Shown piece after piece: positions 1-7,911 of a stretch of DNA of 34,488 nucleotides. This DNA comes from Lentisphaeria bacterium (GTDB lineage Bacteria > Verrucomicrobiota > Lentisphaeria > Oligosphaerales > Oligosphaeraceae), in contig JAZURH010000342.1 in assembly GCA_045606125.1 (NCBI GenBank), forward strand, positions 1-34,488, written 5' to 3'. Each line of letters starts with the position of its first letter. Position 1 is the stretch's first letter. The position numbers were made by a program, and so were the translations under genes. The notes beneath the pieces are model-generated. The model was not told the DNA's origin and ran no database searches. It saw only the letters and a list, made by a program, of their open reading frames with translations.

Positions 1-985
1 TAGGTCCTGTGACCAGGAAAATGCCGTTCGGGCGGCTGATAAGCTTTCTTATGTTAGTCTTGATGTAGTCATTCATGCCAAGACTGTCAAGGCTCAGATT
101 AACAACTCCACGGTCAAGAATACGAAGCACAACGGACTCACCGTATCTGGTCGGCAATGTGGAGACACGAAGGTCGATTGGCTTGTGGTCCACACGAAGT
201 TCAATACGGCCGTCCTGAGGATGACGCCTCTCGGCAATGTTGAGTCCGCTCATGACTTTGATACGGCTTATAACCGGAACGGCAAGATGCTTCGGAGGAG
301 GCGCCATTTCGTAGAGTGCACCGTCAATGCGGTAGCGTATGCGGAATTCATCCGAAAACGGCTCAAAATGAATATCGGACGCCTTGTCTCTGATGGCCTG
401 ATGGATGATAAGATTTACAAAACGGACTATGGGTGCTTCATTTGCCGCCTTTTCAAGTTGGGCGGAGTCATCCATGTCTACAACAGATGACTGTCTTATT
501 TGATCAAGTTCCGTCAGAACATCCGCAATCGTGCTGTTCTTTTCCGGATAAAGTATGTCTATCATTTCATCGACTTCATCAGGATATCCCACAAGAATGC
601 GGCAGTCCTTGTCGAGAATATAGGGAAGTTCATCCGTCAGCTTGCTGTTAAGAGGCTCCGAGGCGGCAAGATAGAGAATATTATCCTCATATTTAACCGG
701 AACTATCTTATAGAACCTTGCCAGATCGTCGCTTACCATTTCCACGACTTCCGGGGGTACTTCCTGGTCCCTGAATGAGAACACCTCAGTACCCAGGTTC
801 TCAGCCATAAGCTTGAGAAGTTCATCCTCGGTAATAATCTTGTAATTGTAAAGCAGCTTTATAAAAGGCCGCTGAAGCCTGTGCACGTCATCGTACACAT
901 CCTCAAGCTGCTCTTCAGTAGCAATGCCTGCATCCAGCAGAAGATGCCATACCATGCTGACATCAGCATCCAAATCAAATGACAT
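1..985 (-). CDS. GspE/PilB-family secretion (T2SS / type IV pilus) ATPase, N-terminal part only; the rest runs off the left edge
   Basis: Absent from the supplied ORF track because no stop lies inside the window. My reverse-strand translation starts at ATG 985..983, with GGAG 7 nt upstream and an in-frame stop at 1048..1046, and stays open to position 1. It reads MSFDLDADVSMVWHLLLDAGIATEEQLEDVY...APIVRFVNLIIHQAIRDKASDIHFEPFSDEFRIRYRIDGALYEM...AERRHPQDGRIELRV...LRVSTLPTRYGESVVLRILD...RPNGIFLVTGP and ends inside the Walker A motif. Confidence 0.85.
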   Translation of the reverse strand, partial: MSFDLDADVSMVWHLLLDAGIATEEQLEDVYDDVHRLQRPFIKLLYNYKIITEDELLKLMAENLGTEVFSFRDQEVPPEVVEMVSDDLARFYKIVPVKYEDNILYLAASEPLNSKLTDELPYILDKDCRILVGYPDEVDEMIDILYPEKNSTIADVLTELDQIRQSSVVDMDDSAQLEKAANEAPIVRFVNLIIHQAIRDKASDIHFEPFSDEFRIRYRIDGALYEMAPPPKHLAVPVISRIKVMSGLNIAERRHPQDGRIELRVDHKPIDLRVSTLPTRYGESVVLRILDRGVVNLSLDSLGMNDYIKTNIRKLISRPNGIFLVTGP

Positions 986-1048
986 ATCTTGACTCCAATG
1001 ATGGATTTTACTCTTTTGCGTCCATAACTTCCACGGCGGCACCAGTTA

Positions 1049-2779
1049 TTATGAATCAACCGTCAGGCGCATGACCTCCCTGATGGATGTAATACCCGCA
1101 GCGGCCTTCAGGATACCATCCTGGCGAAGGGTCTTCATGCCTATTTCACAGGCACGCTTTCTTATTACCGAGGCATCCACCATCTGATAGATCAGATTCT
1201 GAATGCTTTCGTCCAGAACAAATATTTCATAAATACCGATACGCCCTCTGTACCCTTTCTTGCATTCGGGGCATCCGACAGGATCCTTGAAGGTATTTGT
1301 GCTGACTTCTTCCTCAGTAAGCTCAAGATTGGTTATTTCCTCCTGTGTAAGCGTATGCGGAACAGGACATGCCTTGCATAAACGGCGGAGGAGACGCTGA
1401 GCCATGATAGCGCGAACTGACGAGGCCACCAGGAAGGGCTTGATTCCCATATCCATCAGTCGGGTAATGGCAGAAGGCGCGTCATTAGTGTGCAGGGTAC
1501 TGAAGACAAGGTGTCCGGTAAGCGCCGCATTAATGGCGATTTCGCCGGTCTCCTCGTCGCGGATTTCACCGACCATGATGATGTTCGGCGCCTGACGGAG
1601 CATGGCACGCAGAGCATTCACAAATGTCATCTGCACATCCGGGTTGATCTGCACCTGGTTGATTCCGGACAGTTCGTATTCAACAGGGTCTTCCGCAGTA
1701 ATGATCTTGCTGACCGGCTGGTTAAGCGCGTGAAGGAACGAATAGAGAGATGTTGTCTTTCCAGAACCGGTAGGTCCTGTGACCAGAAATATGCCATCCG
1801 GAAAATGTATAATCTGGTCAATGCGCTTCTGATCATCCGGCATGAATCCAAGCTCGGAGATGCCAAGCATGACGCCGCTCTTATCAAGAATACGCATGAC
1901 TATGGACTCGCCCCATGTTGTTGGCAGATCAGAAACACGCAGGTCCAGGTCTCGGCCCATTGCGGTAAACCTGATACGGCCGTCCTGAGGTATACGGTGT
2001 TCTGAAATATCCATTCCGGCCTGGAGCTTCAACCTGGAAAGCACCTGGTTCTGAAGATACTTCGGGGGACTTTCAACTTCGTTCAGCACGCCGTCAATCC
2101 TGTACCGCACGCGGAAACGCTTTTCCATGGGCTCCATGTGAATATCGGAGGCCCTGGAACGGAATGCTTCAAGCAGAAGAAGTGACACAAGCCTTATTAT
2201 GGGGGCGTCATCTTCTTCCTTTGCCTGGCCTGATTCATCCACCGTCACATCTCCAGTCGTATCCATGGTGTTTCCCTGTGTAACATCGACGGTAGTCTCC
2301 GTCATGTCCATAAGGAACTCTTCCATGTTCGAATCCGTCTGGGATCCATAATAATAGTTCAGTGCCTTCTGTATCTGGGATTTGGCGGCCACCACGCCTT
2401 CTACATCCATTTTCAGCAGATACCTTATGGCGTCCAGGGACTCAATGTCTCCGGGATTTTCCATAGCAACCCTGAGTATGCCATTGTTCAGGCTTATTGG
2501 TATCAGGTGATATCTGCGTGCCAGATGCCCGGGGAGCATATCCACGACTTCCGGAAGGATCTTCTTCTCCGCCGTATCAAAATCATAAGTGTCCATTCCA
2601 TATTCTGACGCCAGAAGCTGCACCACATCCCCTTCCGTGCAGATCTTGTCATCATAAAGTGCTTCAAGCGCCGAGCCTGCCTCGTCATTGGCAAACTTCT
2701 CCCGGGCCGTAGCCGCCTGCTCCTCTGTCAGCAGACCCTGCTGCACCATTAAATCAATTACAAAATCGTCGTTGTCCAT
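1049..2779 (-). CDS. GspE/PilB-family secretion ATPase (type II secretion / type IV pilus assembly), full length 576 aa
   Basis: Walker A is LVTGPTGSGKTT. The Asp box and Walker B region is IIMVGEIRD. The His box is GHLVFSTLHTNDA. A tetracysteine Zn motif reads CKAC...CPEC. The conserved core includes ASDIHMEP..RVRYRIDG and PQDGRI. The N-terminus is a T2SSE_N-like domain. Confidence 0.92.
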   Translation of the reverse strand: MDNDDFVIDLMVQQGLLTEEQAATAREKFANDEAGSALEALYDDKICTEGDVVQLLASEYGMDTYDFDTAEKKILPEVVDMLPGHLARRYHLIPISLNNGILRVAMENPGDIESLDAIRYLLKMDVEGVVAAKSQIQKALNYYYGSQTDSNMEEFLMDMTETTVDVTQGNTMDTTGDVTVDESGQAKEEDDAPIIRLVSLLLLEAFRSRASDIHMEPMEKRFRVRYRIDGVLNEVESPPKYLQNQVLSRLKLQAGMDISEHRIPQDGRIRFTAMGRDLDLRVSDLPTTWGESIVMRILDKSGVMLGISELGFMPDDQKRIDQIIHFPDGIFLVTGPTGSGKTTSLYSFLHALNQPVSKIITAEDPVEYELSGINQVQINPDVQMTFVNALRAMLRQAPNIIMVGEIRDEETGEIAINAALTGHLVFSTLHTNDAPSAITRLMDMGIKPFLVASSVRAIMAQRLLRRLCKACPVPHTLTQEEITNLELTEEEVSTNTFKDPVGCPECKKGYRGRIGIYEIFVLDESIQNLIYQMVDASVIRKRACEIGMKTLRQDGILKAAAGITSIREVMRLTVDS

Positions 2780-3003
2780 AGGCTAAAAAATAACTGGTTC
2801 GATTCACAATTCAGCAATGGGCTAAAATACAGCAGCAACTTTATATGTCAATGAACTGTGTGAAAAAAAATCACAGATATTCCATAACTTTTCAAAGCGC
2901 CGGATTCTACAGAAAAATTCAAAAATCCATCTTTGCGATTAAAAAAAGCAATTTCATCAATTCAGCCTTTTCTGCTGCAATTCACAAAATCAGATTGAAG
3001 TTT

Positions 3004-3412
3004 CATGATATTAAAAAGATCTACGGTGAATGTTTCCAGCTTTCCATCCGGACAGAGCAGCTCACTATAAGAGAAGACGCCCCCTGGTTACACGACCGCA
3101 GACTTCCTGGAGGCGGGCAGCTGTTCAGCCATGGCTGCCACTACATAGATCTTCTGCTTTGGATGATGGGCAGGGCACTGCGCGGCACGCATACAGGCAC
3201 AAAATATTGCGGAGCACATCCCGGGCATCGGTGAAAATTGCCGCCAGCATGTTCTTATGGAGCTGCCCCGGGAAATGGTCAAGCCCGCAACTGAGGAAAT
3301 GGAACATTTTTTAGACTGCGTGGACAACGGCACAAAACCCGAAACCTCGCCGGAAGAAAGCCTGGCAGGACTGGAGGTCATTTGGGAACTTTACAGAGCA
3401 GAGGACGAATGA
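3004..3412 (+). pseudogene. Decayed remnant of a Gfo/Idh/MocA-family oxidoreductase (C-terminal domain fragments only, frame-shifted)
   Basis: Frame 1 reads ...IKKIYGECFQLSIRTEQLTIREDAPWLHDRRLPGGGQLFSHGCHYIDLLLWMMG and then stops at 3232..3234. Frame 2 is open from 3167 to 3412 and ends ...EEMEHFLDCVDNGTKPETSPEESLAGLEVIWELYRAEDE*. Both pieces match the typical C-terminal dimerisation domain of the family. No Rossmann N-domain is present and most of the middle is missing. Confidence 0.5.
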
Positions 3413-3511
3413 CGCCTGGCGGATTTCAGCAAAATTGAAATGCCAGCTGACCAGGCATGACTATCAGACGAATTATCTTTTTGCCCTACTGTATTTCCCG
3501 AATGAAAACTC

Positions 3512-4390
3512 TTACGGGACTTCGACCTTTTTCCCGGTGTGCTTCTTTATGAAATCCACATAGTATTTTACTTTTTCAGGCCCGGGGAATCCGGAAGGCA
3601 GAAGATCATCTGCATAGAGCCGGTTCAATTCGGCATATTTGTTTCGCGCCATTGGATTGAAAGGCTCTATGTGAACTCCGGCCACATTTTCGTATTTTTC
3701 AGCAATTTCGGCAATGGCAAGCAGATGTTCCAGCTGATCGTTAACTTCAGGTATCAACGGGCAGCGCAGTATTATCCTTGCTCCGTCTGCATTGAGCCTT
3801 TTCAGATTTTCCAGTATCAGCGAGTTGTCGACCCCAGTCAGTTTACGGTGCAATTCAGCTCCGGTTGCCTTGTAATCATAAAGAAACAGCCCGGTAAAAG
3901 GAATAAGGCGACTCAATGCCTCATAGCTGCCATGACCGCATGTCTCAATGCAGCAATCTATGCCGCGCTGACAGGCAAGGCGGGCAATCTCAAGTGTGAA
4001 TTCCGGCTGAAACAGGGGTTCGCCGCCGGAAATTGTCAAGCCCCCGCCGCTTTCCTCAAAGAACATACGCTCCTTTTCCGCTTCGGCAACTACCTCCCCG
4101 GCGGAAAGCATTCCACCCGCAACAGTAACAGCACCCACAGGACAATTTTCAATGTTCTTCAGCTGCTCTTCTGCCGGGCAGCTCACAGGCAGGCATTTGA
4201 AAATATTTCGGCAGCTTCCGCACTGAAGACATTTCTCCCGGCGGTACATTACCTCAGGATCACCGGATTGAGACTCCGGTGTATGGCACCACAGGCAGCG
4301 CAGTGGACATCCCTTCAAGAACACCACCAGGCGTATTCCCGGGCCATCCTGGGCTGCAAAATGCTTGAAACTCAATACGCGCCCTTTCAT
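3512..4390 (-). CDS. Glycyl-radical enzyme activating protein (radical SAM, PflA family)
   Basis: The radical-SAM CX3CX2C motif reads GCPLRCLWCHTPES. A ferredoxin-like Cys insert reads CLQCGSCRNIFKC...SCPAEE...NCPVGA. I prefer the start at Met20 of the listed ORF (MKGRVLSFKHFAAQDGPGIR), ATG 4390..4388, which forms an ATGA overlap with the stop of the upstream GRE gene. Confidence 0.9.
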   Translation of the reverse strand: MKGRVLSFKHFAAQDGPGIRLVVFLKGCPLRCLWCHTPESQSGDPEVMYRREKCLQCGSCRNIFKCLPVSCPAEEQLKNIENCPVGAVTVAGGMLSAGEVVAEAEKERMFFEESGGGLTISGGEPLFQPEFTLEIARLACQRGIDCCIETCGHGSYEALSRLIPFTGLFLYDYKATGAELHRKLTGVDNSLILENLKRLNADGARIILRCPLIPEVNDQLEHLLAIAEIAEKYENVAGVHIEPFNPMARNKYAELNRLYADDLLPSGFPGPEKVKYYVDFIKKHTGKKVEVP

Positions 4391-6591
4391 AGCACCTCCG
4401 CCTGCCTGATGTAGGCATCCTGTTCTCTGCGCGGCACGGAGTTCCACAGCTGATTCCAGCCGCAGATACGCACCTGCAGATCCCTGTACTGCTCCGGATT
4501 CTCCTGGGCCTTGCGCAAAGTCTCAACATCCATCACATTGAAATGTATTGCATGGCCATAGTTTTTTATGTATGTCATCAGCAGCGCCCGCATGGCATTC
4601 AAACCCGCTTCGCCTGCGATCTCCGAAGGATGCAGCATTATATCCACAGGCAAATCACCCATAAAGCATGATGAATCGAACTTCAGCACCGAAGCTATCA
4701 ATGCAGTCGCCCCGTTAAGCATGCTTCCCTGGGTGGAAGTCATGTTCTTGTTGAGTTCATCCCCTTTCCTGCGTCCGTCGGCGGTAGCCTCCACTGAATC
4801 TGCCCATTCGGCAAAGCGGTTTGAGGAATGAAGCGAGGTAGTGAAGAATCCACCTCTTGAATTCTTTTTTCCATTATACCTTCTGGCCACAGCGGATGTG
4901 AAATGCACTGTCAGGCGGTCAGGAAACTCCAGATTGTTGCCAAATCTCTCCGGATCATTCAGCAGACGCTGCCTGACAAGCTCATCACCCTGAAAATCCC
5001 GGTCAAGCATTGCGGCCAGTTCCTGCAAAGAAAAACATTTCCGTTCAAACACATACCGTTTGATCATGGTCAGACTGTCTGCAGTGGTTGCCGCGCCGCA
5101 TATCCAGAGATTTGTATTATTATACTTTGCGCCTTTGGCATAGCCATCCTGCGCCTGCTGCAAACTGCTTTCAAAAGTACCGGAAACCATGGGAGCCGGA
5201 TTTATCTCATCAAGTTTTTCCTCCATGCGCATCGCCAGTTTCACCCCCTTGTCAAACTGATAAAACAGCTGCCGGAGGAATGCACGGTAAAGACGCGGGA
5301 AAGTGTTCAGTTCCTCTATAGTGCCTGTTTCAAGTCCCATGCGGTGCCCGCTCAGGGGTTCCACACCGTTATGAAGAACCAGTCCCAGTACCTTAGGCAG
5401 ATTCACCGTGACGGGAGCAGTTTCTACAGTGGAGCCTCTGGCGCAGTATTCATAGCAGCCCTTTATGTCCGCCGTCCTGGCTTCACTGAGGGAATATCCG
5501 TATTTCTGCATGGTGCGTATGATACAGGGTTCGCCGACAAAAGCTATGCTGTTGCTTCCGCGGCGTATCATATCCAGGGCATGGTCTATGAAATCCCGTG
5601 GAGTATTTTCCGATACCTTTATCTGCAGTTTCGGGTCATATATCTTCATGTCGTCATATTCATCCAGAATCAGATATGACAGTTCATTAATCGCACTGCT
5701 TGAATCTTCATTTGTACCGCCGAAATAGAATGGATGACCAACTTTATAGTGCATTGCAGTGGCCTGGTACATGAATGACCGGAAGAAATAACGGATATCC
5801 TTTTCCGTATATTCGCCGGAATCAATATCGCGCCTGTAATACGGGTACAGCACTCTGTCCAAATTACCGAATGAACGGGTCTGTATAATATCAACATATT
5901 CCGATATCTGGAAATAGATCCATATTTGCAGCAGTGCCTCATAAGTATTCCGTGGACTTCCATTACGAAGCTGCTTCAGGGCGGTAAGAATCTGCGCCTT
6001 CCTGGGACATTCCGGCAATTTATCCGCCTGTAAGATCAACCTCTCAAGCAGTGACAGTGCCGCATTGTACTCAATTCTGATGCTTTCATAAAATACCCGG
6101 TATTCAGGATGGGATTCAAATTTGCCCGATGCCGCCTTTTCATAGCGGCATGCCCTTTCCAGCAATCCGCTGAACCCCATATCCAGAACAGCATCCCAAT
6201 CCGGAACACAGTGGTCAAAATCCATTCTTATGCTGAGAAGCCTGGTCTGATTGCCCCTGTTTATATCATCAAGCTCTTCCTCCGTGAAAATCCGCTTGTA
6301 AAGCTCTCCGGCCCATTTCGCCATGTGACTCTTAAGCAAAGGCCTTTTAAGGCATGATTCCAGTCCGGGGAAATAATCGTTTACCGATACATCGATTGCA
6401 ACATTGTTCAGGACAAAATCAAATGCCCTTGCCTTTGCCAGCGGCCTGGGCAATTCCTGATCATCCTGATACATCTGCTCGAGCCGGTCCAGCATTTCGG
6501 CAAAGGGCATACCGTCCGCATTGCGATAGAAATCCGGATCGGTGAATTTTCTTTCCATGTATAATCTGTCTTCTTCCCACTGGCTTGTCAT
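4387..6591 (-). CDS. Glycyl radical enzyme, PFL2/dehydratase-lyase type, divergent and short (734 aa), substrate unknown
   Basis: The C-terminal glycyl-radical motif is VRICGWNQLWNSVPRREQDAYIRQ (Gly711, codon 4461..4459). The thiyl loop is DIKGCYEY, with Cys379 (codon 5457..5455) and Glu381. Family-typical blocks include PLAKARAFDFVLNNVAIDVSVNDYFPG, RSFGNLDRVLYPYYRRDIDSGEYTEKDI and GGTNEDSSSAINELSYLIL. SD GGAGGG lies 6 nt upstream of ATG 6591. Confidence 0.9.
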   Translation of the reverse strand: MTSQWEEDRLYMERKFTDPDFYRNADGMPFAEMLDRLEQMYQDDQELPRPLAKARAFDFVLNNVAIDVSVNDYFPGLESCLKRPLLKSHMAKWAGELYKRIFTEEELDDINRGNQTRLLSIRMDFDHCVPDWDAVLDMGFSGLLERACRYEKAASGKFESHPEYRVFYESIRIEYNAALSLLERLILQADKLPECPRKAQILTALKQLRNGSPRNTYEALLQIWIYFQISEYVDIIQTRSFGNLDRVLYPYYRRDIDSGEYTEKDIRYFFRSFMYQATAMHYKVGHPFYFGGTNEDSSSAINELSYLILDEYDDMKIYDPKLQIKVSENTPRDFIDHALDMIRRGSNSIAFVGEPCIIRTMQKYGYSLSEARTADIKGCYEYCARGSTVETAPVTVNLPKVLGLVLHNGVEPLSGHRMGLETGTIEELNTFPRLYRAFLRQLFYQFDKGVKLAMRMEEKLDEINPAPMVSGTFESSLQQAQDGYAKGAKYNNTNLWICGAATTADSLTMIKRYVFERKCFSLQELAAMLDRDFQGDELVRQRLLNDPERFGNNLEFPDRLTVHFTSAVARRYNGKKNSRGGFFTTSLHSSNRFAEWADSVEATADGRRKGDELNKNMTSTQGSMLNGATALIASVLKFDSSCFMGDLPVDIMLHPSEIAGEAGLNAMRALLMTYIKNYGHAIHFNVMDVETLRKAQENPEQYRDLQVRICGWNQLWNSVPRREQDAYIRQAEVL

Positions 6592-6604
6592 AAATGGCCC
6601 TCCG

Positions 6605-6664
6605 TTTTACAAAGACATATTTTACATATAAAAGCCTTGTTCCGCAATGTAAAAACAAGTAAAA
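6605..6664 (-). promoter_or_regulatory. Four TGTAAAA/TTTTACA heptamers (two direct, two inverted) just upstream of the GRE ribosome-binding site; candidate operator or 5'-leader hairpin
   Basis: On the plus strand, TTTTACA sits at 6605-6611 and 6620-6626, TGTAAAA at 6648-6654 and AGTAAAA at 6658-6664. The proximal copy abuts SD GGAGGG (6603..6598). The region is AT-rich, so chance occurrence is possible. Confidence 0.3.
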
Positions 6665-6727
6665 TAAATATACTTTTCTGTATTTTTGCAATATATACTG
6701 ATGTTTTTTTAAGCAGGAAGATGTGTA

Positions 6728-7534
6728 TTACTGCATATACATTTCTTTCCTGAATGTGGCGGGCGGGTATTTCATGGTACGCTTAAAGAACCGTGAAAAA
6801 TAGTATTCATTGGAAAAATGCAGTTCCCCGGCAATTTCCTTTATGGAAAGTCTTCCTTCCTCCAGGAGTTCAACCGCTCTATTAATAATTATATTTTCAT
6901 TGAATTTCCGTGGTGTGATTCCTGTTTCAGCAACGAACTTTCTTGCAAAAGTCTGCTCACCGGAGTTCATAAAGCGTGCCATTTCCGCCACTTTGACATG
7001 GGGATTCATTTGCTGCTGCAGCCATTGAGTCAACCCATTATAGGCCGGCAGATGAGAACTGCGACGGCGGCACAGTTCAAACTCCGGCATCTGCACAAGT
7101 CTGTGCAATATCGTACGGACAAGCAGATGTGCCCCGTTCAGGAACTGCATGGGTTCGATTGCCCCGGTATTCATGGATTCAGCCAGAGGCAGCAGTTCCG
7201 GTGCAATACCATGTTGCGTAAATGCAAAGCAGGAAAGTATTTCCATGCCATGAAGCATTGAAAAGTTAAAATGGATAGACAGACGCTGATGCTTCAGATG
7301 GCAATGCCTTATTTCCGCAAAAGGCGGCACAAGAAGCCACATGCCGCGCTGCAGAAATATCCTGCCGCCACCGTCCTCAAGAAAACTGCCCTCATTGCAA
7401 TCTATGCAGAACAACAGCCGCGCGTGGGGATATTTGGTATGGAACATTCCGTTGCTTTCACCTGAATAAAAGTTTTTGAACTTCAATTTCAAGGAATTGT
7501 CCAGTGCGATAAGTTCCTGCTGCTGCAATTTCAT
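6728..7534 (-). CDS. AraC-family transcriptional regulator (cupin-like sensor domain plus double HTH)
   Basis: The C-terminus reads FARKFVAETGITPRKFNENIIINRAVELLEEGRLSIKEIAGELHFSNEYYFSRFFKRTMKYPPATFRKE, a typical AraC/XylS HTH pair. The N-terminal ~150 aa look like an AraC-type ligand-binding barrel. The gene lies 136 bp upstream of the GRE on the same strand. Confidence 0.85.
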   Translation of the reverse strand: MKLQQQELIALDNSLKLKFKNFYSGESNGMFHTKYPHARLLFCIDCNEGSFLEDGGGRIFLQRGMWLLVPPFAEIRHCHLKHQRLSIHFNFSMLHGMEILSCFAFTQHGIAPELLPLAESMNTGAIEPMQFLNGAHLLVRTILHRLVQMPEFELCRRRSSHLPAYNGLTQWLQQQMNPHVKVAEMARFMNSGEQTFARKFVAETGITPRKFNENIIINRAVELLEEGRLSIKEIAGELHFSNEYYFSRFFKRTMKYPPATFRKEMYMQ

Positions 7535-7911
7535 AATCCCACAAAATCCATATCATCTGCTGCAAATCTCTGATTTTCAGGTTTTAAGATATGCCTCACT
7601 AAAAGTTTATCAAGAACAATCCGCATTTGTCCCGTTATTTCGATTAATGATACAGAATATTTTTTAAACAGGCATTAATTCCGCAAACAGGATTCGTCCA
7701 ACAAGACTTTCTATACTCAATCCGGGACATGAATAGCCTGTGACTTAACTCACAAACCTTCCCTGAAACGAGTCATTTTAAAAAGTTATGAGCAGCTGTG
7801 ATTTTTTAATAAATTTTCTTGTGGCAAATAAAAAGTATGCCTGTATAGTACGGATACAGAAGTCTTTTATACGGTATTAACCGAAGTAAACTTATAAGGA
7901 GAACAGCAATT

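Noticed and set aside
859-1059. 66-aa minus-strand ORF from the track
   Set aside because: It is out of frame with, and overlaps, the N-terminus of the unlisted GspE-like CDS (1..985). That CDS has clear family motifs and its own SD.
2796-2805. GGTTCGATTC, resembling a tRNA T-loop
   Set aside because: The flanking bases cannot form a T-stem, acceptor stem or anticodon arm, so this is not a tRNA.
2845-3003. 5' part of ORF 2845..3234 as real coding sequence
   Set aside because: The stretch is AT-rich, the peptide is K/I/F/S-rich, and it shows no oxidoreductase similarity. Only the part from about 3004 resembles Gfo/Idh/MocA. I treat the upstream part as non-coding promoter DNA of the gspE-like operon.
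3539-4414. 291-aa plus-strand ORF
   Set aside because: It lies fully antisense to the activase gene, which carries clear radical-SAM motifs. The translation is low-complexity with no recognisable motif, so it is a shadow ORF.
4391-4447. Longer N-terminal extensions given in the ORF track (also 20132..20194, 29219..29302 and 32397..32450)
   Set aside because: The extensions overlap upstream genes or lie upstream of better SD-ATG pairs. They add non-conserved residues ahead of the family-typical N-termini. The internal starts at 4390, 20195, 29303 and 32396 are preferred.
4903-5679. 258-aa plus-strand ORF inside the GRE gene
   Set aside because: It is antisense to a CDS with strong family motifs and has no motif or RBS of its own, so it is a shadow ORF. 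The same reasoning applies to 1490..2005, 8793..9452, 10737..11114 and 11627..12052.
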